IMG/VR virus record: IMGVR_UViG_3300042879_004946
Location: 44,458 to 108,457 of that record
Direction: 5' to 3' (one strand)
From: a virus
DNA: 64,000 nt
In this document: piece after piece, positions 1 to 9,966 of the stretch
Numbering within the stretch: the stretch's first letter is position 1
How the letters are laid out: every line of letters begins with the position of its first letter
Position numbers and translations under genes: made by a program
The notes under the pieces: generated by a model
Database searches by the model: none
Seen by the model: only the letters and a program-made list of their open reading frames with translations
What the model was told of the DNA's origin: nothing

Positions 1-1
1 A

Positions 2-364
2 GAAACTTTAGGTTTTGAACTTTGTGGTCAAAATATTAAAAATTTTGATATCCCATTTTTAGCGAAAAGATACGTTATTAACGGGTTAAAACCACCAAAG
101 TTGTTTCCAAACCACAACACTAAACCTTGGGAGTTAAAAGTTGTCGATACCAGAGACGTTTGGAATTTTGGCGGTAAGAGCATTGGTTCTTTGGATTTGA
201 TATGTAGTGTTTTAAAAGTTGATTCTCCTAAAAACGGTGAAGTTAAGGGTGATAGTGTGACTACTAATTTTTGGGAAGGTAAATACGAAGAAATTAAAAC
301 TTATTGTCAAAAAGACGTTAAAGCTTTAGTAGATATTATAACAAAATTTAATAATTTAAAATGA
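2..364 (+). CDS. 3'-5' exonuclease (DnaQ/PolB-exo-like), 5'-truncated by the window edge
   Basis: The frame is open from base 2 (LCGQNIKNFDIPFLAKR = ExoII-like), then VDT, and YCQKDV (ExoIII). Confidence 0.75.
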   Translation, partial: ETLGFELCGQNIKNFDIPFLAKRYVINGLKPPKLFPNHNTKPWELKVVDTRDVWNFGGKSIGSLDLICSVLKVDSPKNGEVKGDSVTTNFWEGKYEEIKTYCQKDVKALVDIITKFNNLK

Positions 365-957
365 AAAGTGATTTAGAAAATTATATTAAAGAATTAGTTC
401 ACAGAAAAAAATTAGGTTTAATTTCAAATGACGAAATCACGGAATTAGACAGGCTCTTAAATGTAACAAAAAATATGGAATCATCTTTTAAATCTGAAAA
501 TGTTGATTGGGGTAAATTACAAATAAAATTTGTAAATCTATCTGACAACCCTGATCCTATTTGGGCTAAAGAAGGTGATTCTGGTTTTGATTTAAGAGCT
601 AACGAAAGTGGCATATTAAAACCGTTGGAAAGAATGTTAATTTCTACTGGGTTGTTTTTTGAAATACCTAAAGGATATGATATCGAAGTAAAATCTAGAA
701 GTGGTTTAGCTTTTAAACATGGTATAGGTGTTTTAACTGGTACTATAGACCAAAATTACAGAGGTGAAGTAAAAGTACTATTATTTAATATTAGTAATGA
801 AAATTTTGAATTTAAAAAAGGTGATAGAATTGCACAAGCTATTGTTAGAAATAGAATAAGTGACGATTTTGGTGCCTTAATTAAATTACAAGAGCTAAAT
901 CAACTTTCAGAAACTGAACGTGGTTCAGGTGGCTTTGGATCAACTGGTAAAAATTAA
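361..957 (+). CDS. dut: dUTPase (trimeric)
   Basis: Motifs SGFDL, RSGLA, GTIDQNYRGE, RIAQ, RGSGGFGSTG. Confidence 0.95.
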   Translation: MKSDLENYIKELVHRKKLGLISNDEITELDRLLNVTKNMESSFKSENVDWGKLQIKFVNLSDNPDPIWAKEGDSGFDLRANESGILKPLERMLISTGLFFEIPKGYDIEVKSRSGLAFKHGIGVLTGTIDQNYRGEVKVLLFNISNENFEFKKGDRIAQAIVRNRISDDFGALIKLQELNQLSETERGSGGFGSTGKN

Positions 958-961
958 TATT

Positions 962-1267
962 ATGTCACATTATAGGCCACTACCCGATTACTTAACAATT
1001 AAAGCATCAACAATAGATGGCCTTGGTTTGTTTACTAATGTAGATATCGACGCTAATTTTGTAATCGGTATTACACATGTTTTAGACAGTCGTTTTGAAG
1101 ACCACTACATTAGAACACCACTAGGTGGTTTTTTTAACCACTCAGAAACACCAAATTGTGAAGTTATTTATGATAATGATTTTATAAAATTAAAAACAAT
1201 TAAGAATATTAAAGCCGGTGAAGAACTAACCTCAAAGTATACACTGTATAACCCAATAAAAGAATAA
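962..1267 (+). CDS. SET-domain protein (lysine methyltransferase-like)
   Basis: GLGLF, FFNHSETPNC and IKAGEELTSKY SET motifs. ATG at 962 is preferred over the GTG at 920, which overlaps dut. Confidence 0.85.
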   Translation: MSHYRPLPDYLTIKASTIDGLGLFTNVDIDANFVIGITHVLDSRFEDHYIRTPLGGFFNHSETPNCEVIYDNDFIKLKTIKNIKAGEELTSKYTLYNPIKE

Positions 1268-1271
1268 AAAT

Positions 1272-1508
1272 ATGAAAATAAAATTAATTGTTATTGTTTT
1301 TTCACTTTTTTTGTTGTTAACATCTTGTTTTTCTTTAACGGATGTGCCAACGAACAATCTTTATCCTTACCATTATTATAGGCCAAATTGGTATTCGCCT
1401 TACTGGTACTCACCTTACTGGCCAAATAATAACTATTACTATTTAGACCAATACGGTTGGCAATATAGAACTTACCCCAGAGCCTGGAGACACCCTAGAA
1501 GAAGATAA
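1272..1508 (+). CDS. Small lipoprotein, Tyr/Trp/Pro-rich
   Basis: Basic N-terminus, hydrophobic stretch, LTSC lipobox; repeated WYSPY. Confidence 0.6.
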   Translation: MKIKLIVIVFSLFLLLTSCFSLTDVPTNNLYPYHYYRPNWYSPYWYSPYWPNNNYYYLDQYGWQYRTYPRAWRHPRRR

Positions 1509-1512
1509 AATT

Positions 1513-2004
1513 ATGTCAGTAGTAGCAGTAAAAGTTGAAAAAAATAAAATTGTAATTGGTGCTGATTCAGTGCTTATAAATGGTTATACACAAGAAAAAG
1601 ATAAAATGGCAAAACTGTTCCAAAATGAATGGTTAATTTGCGGTGATGTCGGTGAGGCCCAAGAAGGTGCTCTTTTTCAAATATTTTCAAAAACAAGAAA
1701 ACCCAGAGAGGCTTCGGTTGAAGCGGTGACAGAATATCTTTTTGATTTTTTTTCCTGGAAAAGAGAAAAAACTGATGCCGATAAATTAGAAAATAGTTAC
1801 ATTATTATTTTTAATAAAAAGGTTTTTCTAATTGAAGGTTTTTACGTTAAGGAAGTTACGGATTATGCGGCTATTGGTGCTGGGATGGATTTTGCTCTTG
1901 CAGCTCTATATCTAGGTTCCTCAGTAAAAGACGCGATTAAAGCTGCTTGCCATTTATCAATTTTATGTGAAGAACCTGTTAATATTATTACTGTTGAAAT
2001 TTAA
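1513..2004 (+). CDS. HslV/proteasome-beta-like Ntn hydrolase
   Basis: N-terminal (M)SVVAV..IGADS, K, and AAIGAGMDFALAAL pattern. Confidence 0.7.
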   Translation: MSVVAVKVEKNKIVIGADSVLINGYTQEKDKMAKLFQNEWLICGDVGEAQEGALFQIFSKTRKPREASVEAVTEYLFDFFSWKREKTDADKLENSYIIIFNKKVFLIEGFYVKEVTDYAAIGAGMDFALAALYLGSSVKDAIKAACHLSILCEEPVNIITVEI

Positions 2005-2016
2005 AAAATAAAAAAT

Positions 2017-2190
2017 ATGGAAAATTTATACGATTATTATTTTCACTACAACACTTACACAAAAGAGTGGAATGCTTTTTTAAGAACCGAAAATTCAAAA
2101 TATCTGAATGGTGAAGCCAAAATTTATAGTGACGAAGATATTAATAATTTGATTAAAAAAATCAAAGAAGTAGAAAAAGTAGAATCTTAA
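2017..2190 (+). CDS. Hypothetical protein, 57 aa (below the ORF-track cutoff)
   Basis: ATG at 2017 after an A-rich leader; MENLYDYYFHYNTYTKEWNAF...; the stop overlaps the next ATG (TAATG). Confidence 0.65.
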   Translation: MENLYDYYFHYNTYTKEWNAFLRTENSKYLNGEAKIYSDEDINNLIKKIKEVEKVES

Positions 2191-3776
2191 TGGTAAGTGT
2201 TGTTTACTCAACTAGGAAACCCAATAAAGAGTTTCAAGAGTACATTAAAAAAACCATTGGTTTAAAAGATTTTGAAATCTATGAAATTGTTAACAATGGT
2301 CAAAAATCTTTAACCCAATGTTATAATGAAGGGTTAGATAATACCAAAAATAACATTGTTGTTTTTTGTCACGATGATATTCTTTTAAAAGAAGGTTGGG
2401 GTAAAAAAATTATAAAACATTTTCAAAATACTGATTATGGTATTTTGGGGATGGCAGGAACTACCGACATGGCAGAAACAGGTCGTTGGTGGGAAGATCA
2501 ATCAAAAATGGTTGGCATTGTTTCTCATTCTCACCAAGGAAAAACCTGGGAAAATAGGTATTCTGAAAATTTTGGTGATGATATTATTGAAACAGTGATT
2601 CTTGATGGTTTATTTTTTGTTGCCCATAAAGACAGAATTAAAAAAAGATTTGATGAATCATTTAAAGGTTTTCATCTTTATGATGTTGATTTTACGTTTA
2701 ATAACCATTTAAATGGTGTTAAAGTTGGGGTTATGTTTGATATTAAGATAACCCATAAATCAATTGGGATGACCAACGAAGAGTGGGAAAAAAACCGTGA
2801 ACAGTTTGTCCAAAAATATAAGGGTAAACTTCCCTATAAAATTAAACCTGAATTAAGGTATGAAACTAAATTTAAAGCTTTAAAAGAATACCCTAAGTTA
2901 TCCATTATAATCCCAACCAAAGGTAACATAGATTTAGTTAAACAATGTGTTGACTCACTTTATAAACAAGGTGGATATATTGGTATGGCAATGAGAACTA
3001 TTATTGCTGACACTGGCTCAACACCTGAAGAATTAGCTGAGTTAAAAGATTATGTAGATGGGTTACAGTTTAAGTCGGATCAACATTACTGGGTTAAAAT
3101 AGTTGAATACGACTTTTATAATTTTGCAGTTATTAACAATGATGTGGTAGAAAACCATATTGAAAAAGATACAGAAGTTTTATTGTTCTGCAATAATGAT
3201 ATCAAAGTCGTTAACAATGCCATCAACTTAATGGTGGGTACTTATCTTAAAAACAAAAAAACAGTTGGTACTATTGGTGCTCGTTTACATTTTGGTGACA
3301 ATACGGTACAACATTCAGGTATTAGAGTTTTTTTAAATCAAGAACCAAATGGTATGTATCGAATAATGTTAACACACAAAGGTTTAAAAAGTTATTATTC
3401 TTTCTATGGTGACAATAGAAAAATATTTGGTAATACTGGTGCGTTTTTAATGATTAACAAAGAATTATTTTTAAAAATTGGCGGCTTTAATACGAACTAT
3501 AGAGAATGTTTTGAAGATGTCGAATTAAATATTCAATGTTTAAACCATAATAAAGAAAATATTTTTTGTGGTGATGCAGTTTGTTATCACTATGAAAGTC
3601 AAACCAGAAACAAAGATGAAAAAAAGGCCAGAAGAGAATATGAAGATTATTCAAGACTATTAATCCCTTTTGTTGTTAATAATAAAAAAACTTATCATTA
3701 TTTTGATAATATTGATGCCAAAAATTTAGATCACATTATTAAAATATCAGATGAGTTAAAACAATTTTTAAGATAG
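2190..3776 (+). CDS. Two-domain GT2-family glycosyltransferase
   Basis: FCHDD and FHLYDVD in the N-terminal domain; SIIIPT, FCNND, TGAFLMI, FEDVEL in the C-terminal domain. Confidence 0.85.
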   Translation: MVSVVYSTRKPNKEFQEYIKKTIGLKDFEIYEIVNNGQKSLTQCYNEGLDNTKNNIVVFCHDDILLKEGWGKKIIKHFQNTDYGILGMAGTTDMAETGRWWEDQSKMVGIVSHSHQGKTWENRYSENFGDDIIETVILDGLFFVAHKDRIKKRFDESFKGFHLYDVDFTFNNHLNGVKVGVMFDIKITHKSIGMTNEEWEKNREQFVQKYKGKLPYKIKPELRYETKFKALKEYPKLSIIIPTKGNIDLVKQCVDSLYKQGGYIGMAMRTIIADTGSTPEELAELKDYVDGLQFKSDQHYWVKIVEYDFYNFAVINNDVVENHIEKDTEVLLFCNNDIKVVNNAINLMVGTYLKNKKTVGTIGARLHFGDNTVQHSGIRVFLNQEPNGMYRIMLTHKGLKSYYSFYGDNRKIFGNTGAFLMINKELFLKIGGFNTNYRECFEDVELNIQCLNHNKENIFCGDAVCYHYESQTRNKDEKKARREYEDYSRLLIPFVVNNKKTYHYFDNIDAKNLDHIIKISDELKQFLR

Positions 3777-3816
3777 AATAAATTTACATTTTTAAAAAAA
3801 AAATTAATTTTAAATT

Positions 3817-4218
3817 ATGGGACACCTTATACAAAACTTTAAAACAAAAAAAATAGAAGATATTATTGAGAACTGGGAACACACAGGTCTAATATCTAAT
3901 GAAATGGTAAAAAATAAACAAAATGTTGCACTTTCTTATGAGTTAACCGCGTTGTATCTTTTATCAAAAAGTGATTTTGATAGTGACAAAAACGACCTAT
4001 CAACATTAATTTTCCCTGTTATGTGTAGGATTTTTAGTAAATACGAGGAAAATTTAACAACTGATACCATTTTTGAAGAGGTTGTTAAAATAATAAAAGA
4101 ATTCCAAACAAAATTAGAATCTACCGACAAAACTGAATGGTTAAAACCTTTTGTGGATACTGATTATGAGGCAGAATTTATTGTCGATTTCTGTGCTAAT
4201 TATAGTATAAAAAAATAA
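3817..4218 (+). CDS. Hypothetical protein resembling the N-terminus of the major capsid protein
   Basis: IENWEHTGLI..NVALSYE..LIFPVMCRIFSK aligns with MCP INKWESLGFL..NIALLYE..VVFPIVRRVFSK. Confidence 0.7.
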   Translation: MGHLIQNFKTKKIEDIIENWEHTGLISNEMVKNKQNVALSYELTALYLLSKSDFDSDKNDLSTLIFPVMCRIFSKYEENLTTDTIFEEVVKIIKEFQTKLESTDKTEWLKPFVDTDYEAEFIVDFCANYSIKK

Positions 4219-4223
4219 AATAT

Positions 4224-4997
4224 ATGAAATTAGGGGTATCTTACAACTTATGGGATGGTGAAGAGTTATTAGAAGGTTCTATTAAACAAATAAGGCAACA
4301 TGTGGATTACATAAGTGTTGTTTATCAAACAATATCAAATTTTGGTAACCCGTGTAACCCTGAATTGGTTCCACTTTTAGAAAGATTAAAATCAGAGGGT
4401 TTAGTAGATGAATTATTTGAATATTCACCTAAAATCAATAAAGGTGGACATTTCAATGAAATTCAAAAAAGAAATATTGGGTTATCCTTATCTCAAGGTG
4501 CCGGATGTACACATCATATGTCTATGGATTCTGACGAATATTATATCACGTCAGAATTTGAGAATCTTAAAAAAATAGTAGAAGATGGTGATTACGATTC
4601 CTCTTATTGTCAAATGCAAACTTACTACAAATCTTGGGAATACGCTTTAGACCCTCCAGAAACCTATTACGTCTCATTAATATTTAAAATCAAAAATGAA
4701 TCTAATTATGTTATCGGAGCTCCGGTACCAGTTTTGGTTGACCCAACAAGAAGAATGTCACCCAGTGATAAACCATTGGTTTTAAAACGTGAACAAATAC
4801 AAATGCATCATGGTTCTTATATTAGAAATGATATAAGAATTAAACTAACCAATAGTTCAGCTTCTGTTAATTTTAATAAAGATATTAATAGAATTGTTAG
4901 TCATTATGCTAATTGGAGATACCCCCAAAAAGTATTATGGGGTGGATTACCAAGTACATTACATAAAGTTAAAAAAGTTGAGGGTTTATTTGTATGA
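4224..4997 (+). CDS. Putative GT-A fold glycosyltransferase
   Basis: KRNIGL..MSMDSDEYY (DxD) and cluster context. Confidence 0.6.
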   Translation: MKLGVSYNLWDGEELLEGSIKQIRQHVDYISVVYQTISNFGNPCNPELVPLLERLKSEGLVDELFEYSPKINKGGHFNEIQKRNIGLSLSQGAGCTHHMSMDSDEYYITSEFENLKKIVEDGDYDSSYCQMQTYYKSWEYALDPPETYYVSLIFKIKNESNYVIGAPVPVLVDPTRRMSPSDKPLVLKREQIQMHHGSYIRNDIRIKLTNSSASVNFNKDINRIVSHYANWRYPQKVLWGGLPSTLHKVKKVEGLFV

Positions 4998-5632
4998 AAT
5001 TAAATGATTTTTTTGATGGTATATACTGTATTAACCTTGATGAACGAACAGATAGATGGGGGCAAGCCCAAAAAGAATTCAGGAAATTAGGCATTACCGA
5101 TGTTAATAGATTTTCAGCAATAAAACACGAAAAAGGGGCTATCGGTTGTAGAGAAAGTCATTTAGGTGTTATTACTGAGGCTAAGAAACTAGGTCTTAAA
5201 AATGTCCTTATCTTTGAAGATGACTTATTGGTGATTGGTGAAGACGTAAAGAAGTTAGAAGAGACATTAAACGACATCGAAGAACTTGATTGGGATTTAT
5301 TTTATTTGGGTGCTACTGTGGACCCTAACGTTAGTAGGTTACAGTATGTGACCCCTAATGTCGTTAAAACAAATTTCGCTTATACTACCCACGCGTACGC
5401 TATTAATAGTACAGCTTTCGATACAATTTTAGAACAAGCCCCATACCATGGGATAATAGACGTTTTCTATTGTCGACACATAATACCAAGAGGTAAGTCA
5501 TATATAATAAACCCAATGATGTGTATTCAACAAGAGAGTTGGAGTGATATAGAAAAACACCACGCTGACTATTGGTGGATGGTCGACTTTTTTAATCAAA
5601 TTAAATTAAAAAGCGGTATTAATGATAACTAG
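4994..5632 (+). CDS. GT25-family glycosyltransferase
   Basis: YCINLDERTDRW, GCRESH, LIFEDD, THAYAI. Confidence 0.85.
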   Translation: MKLNDFFDGIYCINLDERTDRWGQAQKEFRKLGITDVNRFSAIKHEKGAIGCRESHLGVITEAKKLGLKNVLIFEDDLLVIGEDVKKLEETLNDIEELDWDLFYLGATVDPNVSRLQYVTPNVVKTNFAYTTHAYAINSTAFDTILEQAPYHGIIDVFYCRHIIPRGKSYIINPMMCIQQESWSDIEKHHADYWWMVDFFNQIKLKSGINDN

Positions 5633-6437
5633 TTATTTACAGGGTGGATTAGGTAATCAAATGTTTCAAATAGCTGCTGCCTATGCTCACGCTAAAAAAA
5701 ATTATGATACAGCAGTATTCGATTTAAATAATTCATATACACCACACCAAGGTCAAAATATTTCCAAGTATAAAACTAATATATTTAATGGTTTTAATCA
5801 TATGGATAATGTTTATGATTTATGTAATAACACATTTACACAACCAAGTCATTCATATTGTGATATTCCGTATTTTAATAACCAACAATTACAAGGATAC
5901 TTTCAATCTGAAAAATTTTTTATAAATAATAAAACTGAGTTGATAAATTTGTTTATCGAAGGATTAAAATCACATAAATCTTGGTTCGAAGTTGAAAAGG
6001 ATTTTAAAGACATTAGACTGTTATTACGTGGGGAAATACCCATAGTATCGATACATATTAGACGAGGTGATTACCTTAAATTTTTAGGGATACATGACCC
6101 CTGTCCTATTGAATACTATCAAGAGTCTATCAAATTAATGAAGGATAAAATAGGTAATTTCCAACCTTATTTCATATCAGATGATATAGAGTGGTGCAAA
6201 ACAGCTTTCAATGGTATTGGTATGTATTCTAATAAAAAAGACGAATTAGAAGACATGATTATAATGTTAAATTGTGATCATAATATAATCGCTAACAGTA
6301 GTTTTAGTTGGTGGGGGGCTTATTTAAATAATAATAATAATAAAATTGTCATTGGACCTGAAAAATGGTTTGGACATTACGGGCCAAAAGACCAAGATGA
6401 TATAATACCAATTAATTGGATTAAAATATGGAAATAA
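5622..6437 (+). CDS. GT11 alpha-1,2-fucosyltransferase-like
   Basis: GGLGNQMFQ, GYFQSEKFF, HIRRGDY, ANSSFSWWGAYL. Confidence 0.9.
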   Translation: MITSYLQGGLGNQMFQIAAAYAHAKKNYDTAVFDLNNSYTPHQGQNISKYKTNIFNGFNHMDNVYDLCNNTFTQPSHSYCDIPYFNNQQLQGYFQSEKFFINNKTELINLFIEGLKSHKSWFEVEKDFKDIRLLLRGEIPIVSIHIRRGDYLKFLGIHDPCPIEYYQESIKLMKDKIGNFQPYFISDDIEWCKTAFNGIGMYSNKKDELEDMIIMLNCDHNIIANSSFSWWGAYLNNNNNKIVIGPEKWFGHYGPKDQDDIIPINWIKIWK

Positions 6438-7243
6438 AATGTGATCTTCACGGAAGTCACTTAATACCAAGAGATGAAAATGATGAAATTTGGGATTGGT
6501 ATTATAGTAAAAAAGTTAGTGTATCTTTCGATGTTCTTAATTTTACGCATGACGCTGACGTAAAAGTGTGGATTCAAATTGAATCACCTAGTGTTATTGA
6601 TAACACAGCCGGTATAATCGGTCAAAAAAATAATTTTGACCTAATATTAACATTTAGTGATGAGGTGTTAAATAATTGTAACCAGTCTAAAAAATTCATC
6701 TTTGGTGGTTGTATGTTAGACTTAAAAACACTATCATTAAATAAGAAAGATGAGATATCATATATTATGTCCAGTAAAAATTTCGCACCAGGTCATAGGT
6801 TTAGACACGAAATATGGGATAAATATAGTGATTTAAAAGATATAAATGGATTAACCACTAGATTTGTAAAAACAGGTCCATTTTGGTTACCGAATAAAAA
6901 CGAATTATTTGAGAATGCTAAATTTCATATAGTGGTAGAAAATTTAATAACTAACAGTTATATTACCGAAAAAATTGTTGATTGTTTTTTAAGTAAGACT
7001 GTACCCATATATTGGGGGTGTTCAAATATAGGTGAATTTTTTAACACAGATGGGATATTACAGTTTAATAATTTACATGAATTAGATGAACAACTAAATA
7101 AAGTTAATAGTGGTTTATATGAACAATTAACTGATGTTATAGAAGAAAATTATCAGACAGCTCAAAAATATAAAAACCTATATGTTAGAATTGATGATAC
7201 TATTAAGGATTTCATTTTGACTAAATACGGAAATAATAATTAA
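6428..7243 (+). CDS. GT10 fucosyltransferase-like
   Basis: KFHIVVEN..YITEKIVDCF..VPIYWG. Confidence 0.8.
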   Translation: MEIKCDLHGSHLIPRDENDEIWDWYYSKKVSVSFDVLNFTHDADVKVWIQIESPSVIDNTAGIIGQKNNFDLILTFSDEVLNNCNQSKKFIFGGCMLDLKTLSLNKKDEISYIMSSKNFAPGHRFRHEIWDKYSDLKDINGLTTRFVKTGPFWLPNKNELFENAKFHIVVENLITNSYITEKIVDCFLSKTVPIYWGCSNIGEFFNTDGILQFNNLHELDEQLNKVNSGLYEQLTDVIEENYQTAQKYKNLYVRIDDTIKDFILTKYGNNN

Positions 7244-7256
7244 AAATAAATAAAAT

Positions 7257-8591
7257 ATGTTAGAAAACACAGAATCAAATAATACACAAGAAAGAGGATT
7301 AACTGAGATATTAAGTGAACTTAATGATTATATAAGAGATAATAAACCAGATTATCTCTATAATCAAAAATTTGAACCCGGCAAAAGTCAGGTTCTATAT
7401 TCAGGACCTTATTGGGATGAAGAGGAGATTATGGCCGCCATTAAAACTTTTGTTAAAGGTAAATGGGTGGTAGCTGGTGAAAATGTTTTCATGTTTGAAA
7501 GAAAATTCGCTAAAATCTTTGGGGCTAAATACGCACAAATGGTGAATTCAGGTAGTTCAGCTAATCTTGTGTTAATTGCTGGATTGAAAAAATATTTTGG
7601 ATGGGAGGATGATGATGAAGTTATCGTCTCCCCAGTTGGGTTCCCAACAACAATATCGACTATCGTACAAAATGGGTTAAAACCTGTGTTTATCGATATT
7701 GAATATGAAACACTAAATTTTGATATAACTAAAATTGAAGAGAAAATAACTAATAGAACTAAAGCTATTTTTGTTTCACCAGTATTAGGTAATGTACCAG
7801 ATATGGATTTTTTAAAAGAGTTATGTGAAAGACGTGGACTTCAATTAGTTGGTGATAGTTGTGATAGTCTAGGTTCTAAATGGGATGGTAAACATCTTAG
7901 TGAATATTATGTCGCTTGGTCTTCATCATTCTATCCAGCGCATCACATCTCAACAGGTGAAGGTGGGATTATTTGTACTAATATAGAAGAATTAAAAAAG
8001 AACTTTACAAGTTTTGCTTGGTGGGGTAGAGATTGTTATTGTGTTGGTTCAGCTAATTTACTTTCATGTGGTACATGTGGTAAAAGATTTGATAATTGGT
8101 TGGACTCTTATAATGGTATTATTGACCATAAATACGTTTTCACCAACATGGGGTATAACCTTAAACCAATGGATTTACAAGGTTCAATTGGTTTGGTTCA
8201 GTTAAAAAGATTCGAAGAGATTGATACTAAACGAAAAATTTCTAAAAATAGAATGGAAAGTATCCTTTTAAAAAATGTAAAAGGTTTATCTGGTGTTAAA
8301 ATGTTAGAGAAAGCTGATACGTGTTGGTTTGGTACACCTTTTATTTGTGAGAAAAAAGAATTAAAAAATAAATTAGTTTCCTTTTTAGAAGTTAATAAAA
8401 TACAAACTAGAAATTATTTCGCTGGTAATATATTAATGCATCCAGGATATAAACACCTAGATGATTTAACTAAATACCCTAATGCTAATGAAGTATTAGA
8501 TAAGGTATTTTTCTTGGGTGCCGCACCACATTATGATGAACAAGTTTTTAATTACATAGAGGAAATTTTTGCTGAAAAATGGATAAATTAA
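7257..8591 (+). CDS. rfbH: RfbH/DdhC-like CDP-4-keto-6-deoxyglucose 3-dehydrase (DegT/DnrJ family)
   Basis: NSGSSANL; SFYPAHHISTGEGG with His at the usual PLP-Lys position; WGRDCYC..C..C Fe-S motif; GYNLKP. Confidence 0.85.
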   Translation: MLENTESNNTQERGLTEILSELNDYIRDNKPDYLYNQKFEPGKSQVLYSGPYWDEEEIMAAIKTFVKGKWVVAGENVFMFERKFAKIFGAKYAQMVNSGSSANLVLIAGLKKYFGWEDDDEVIVSPVGFPTTISTIVQNGLKPVFIDIEYETLNFDITKIEEKITNRTKAIFVSPVLGNVPDMDFLKELCERRGLQLVGDSCDSLGSKWDGKHLSEYYVAWSSSFYPAHHISTGEGGIICTNIEELKKNFTSFAWWGRDCYCVGSANLLSCGTCGKRFDNWLDSYNGIIDHKYVFTNMGYNLKPMDLQGSIGLVQLKRFEEIDTKRKISKNRMESILLKNVKGLSGVKMLEKADTCWFGTPFICEKKELKNKLVSFLEVNKIQTRNYFAGNILMHPGYKHLDDLTKYPNANEVLDKVFFLGAAPHYDEQVFNYIEEIFAEKWIN

Positions 8592-9280
8592 AAGTACTTG
8601 TATTGGGTGATGGATTACTTGGAAGTGAAATAGTAAAACAAACTGGATGGGATTATATCTCAAGAAAAAACAATAATTTTGATATCAATAATTTAAGAAT
8701 TTCTATACCTAAAGACGAATATCAAAATCCAATTCACAATGTTATTATTAATTGCGTTGCAAATACAGATACTTACTCAAATGATAAAGATTCACATTGG
8801 AATGTAAATTATAAAATGGTTGATGAATTGATTATTTTCTGTAATGATTATAATATAAAATTAGTTCACATATCAACAGATTATTTATATGCTGGGTCAA
8901 TTAATGAAGCTAGTGAAAATGACGTACCAGTTCATTGTAATACTTGGTACGGTTATACTAAATTATTAGCTGATGGTTTGGTACAACTAAAAACAAAGAA
9001 TTATTTAATTTGTAGGTGTACACATAAACCTAATCCTTTTCCATACGATAATGGTTGGATTGACCAAATAGGAAACTTTGATTATGTGGATAATATAACA
9101 TCATTGATAATACTAATGATAAATAAAGATTTATCCGGTGTTTATAATGTTGGAAATGGAGTTAAGACAATGTATGAACTAGCATCTGAAACAAATGACA
9201 ATGTTAGAGTTTCTTTTGCACCACCACATGTACCTAAAAATTTATCAATGAATACTAAAAAACTATGGAGTCAAATTTAA
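8579..9280 (+). CDS. RmlD-like NDP-sugar reductase
   Basis: LGDGLLG, HISTDY, YGYTK (YxxxK). Confidence 0.8.
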   Translation: MDKLKVLVLGDGLLGSEIVKQTGWDYISRKNNNFDINNLRISIPKDEYQNPIHNVIINCVANTDTYSNDKDSHWNVNYKMVDELIIFCNDYNIKLVHISTDYLYAGSINEASENDVPVHCNTWYGYTKLLADGLVQLKTKNYLICRCTHKPNPFPYDNGWIDQIGNFDYVDNITSLIILMINKDLSGVYNVGNGVKTMYELASETNDNVRVSFAPPHVPKNLSMNTKKLWSQI

Positions 9281-9966
9281 ACCAACCATTTTTTTCTATA
9301 GCCATCCCAACTTATGGGTATAATGGGAAAGGTGTTGAATTTTTAGAACATAATTTAAATATTTTGTTTAAACAAAAATTTACTGATTTTGAAATTGTAA
9401 TATCAGACCATAGTGTTGACGATACCATTTTTGAAGTAACTAAAAAGCATCCAACTATAAAATACGTTAAATGTGAACATGGTCGTGGTATTATTTCACC
9501 CAATTTAAATAATGCAATGAAACACTGCCAAGGTAAGTGGATTAAAGTTTTGTTTCAAGATGATTTTTTATATGATGAAAATTCTCTTCAAAAACAATAT
9601 GAAATACTTAATGAAAACCCAGATATAAAATGGTTGGTAACATCGTTTCAACACAGTAATGATGGTAGTACTTTTTATAGATTATATAACCCAACTTATA
9701 GTGATAATATATGGACTGGAAATAATACACTTGGTAATCCGAGTAACCTAACATTAAAAAATGAAGATTTACTTTTTTTTGATGAAGAGTTAAATTGGTT
9801 AGTAGATTGTGAATACTATTACAGAATGTATTTAAAACACGGAAAACCAACAATAATTAATGAGGTGACAGTTGTTAATAGAACTCATGGTGGTGGCTTA
9901 ACCGATACGACCCCAAGTAGTATTAAAAATCACGAATTAAAAAAAATAATTGAAAAATATGTTTAA
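9265..9966 (+). CDS. GT2 glycosyltransferase
   Basis: SIAIPTY, ISDHS, LFQDD. Confidence 0.85.
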   Translation: MESNLNQPFFSIAIPTYGYNGKGVEFLEHNLNILFKQKFTDFEIVISDHSVDDTIFEVTKKHPTIKYVKCEHGRGIISPNLNNAMKHCQGKWIKVLFQDDFLYDENSLQKQYEILNENPDIKWLVTSFQHSNDGSTFYRLYNPTYSDNIWTGNNTLGNPSNLTLKNEDLLFFDEELNWLVDCEYYYRMYLKHGKPTIINEVTVVNRTHGGGLTDTTPSSIKNHELKKIIEKYV

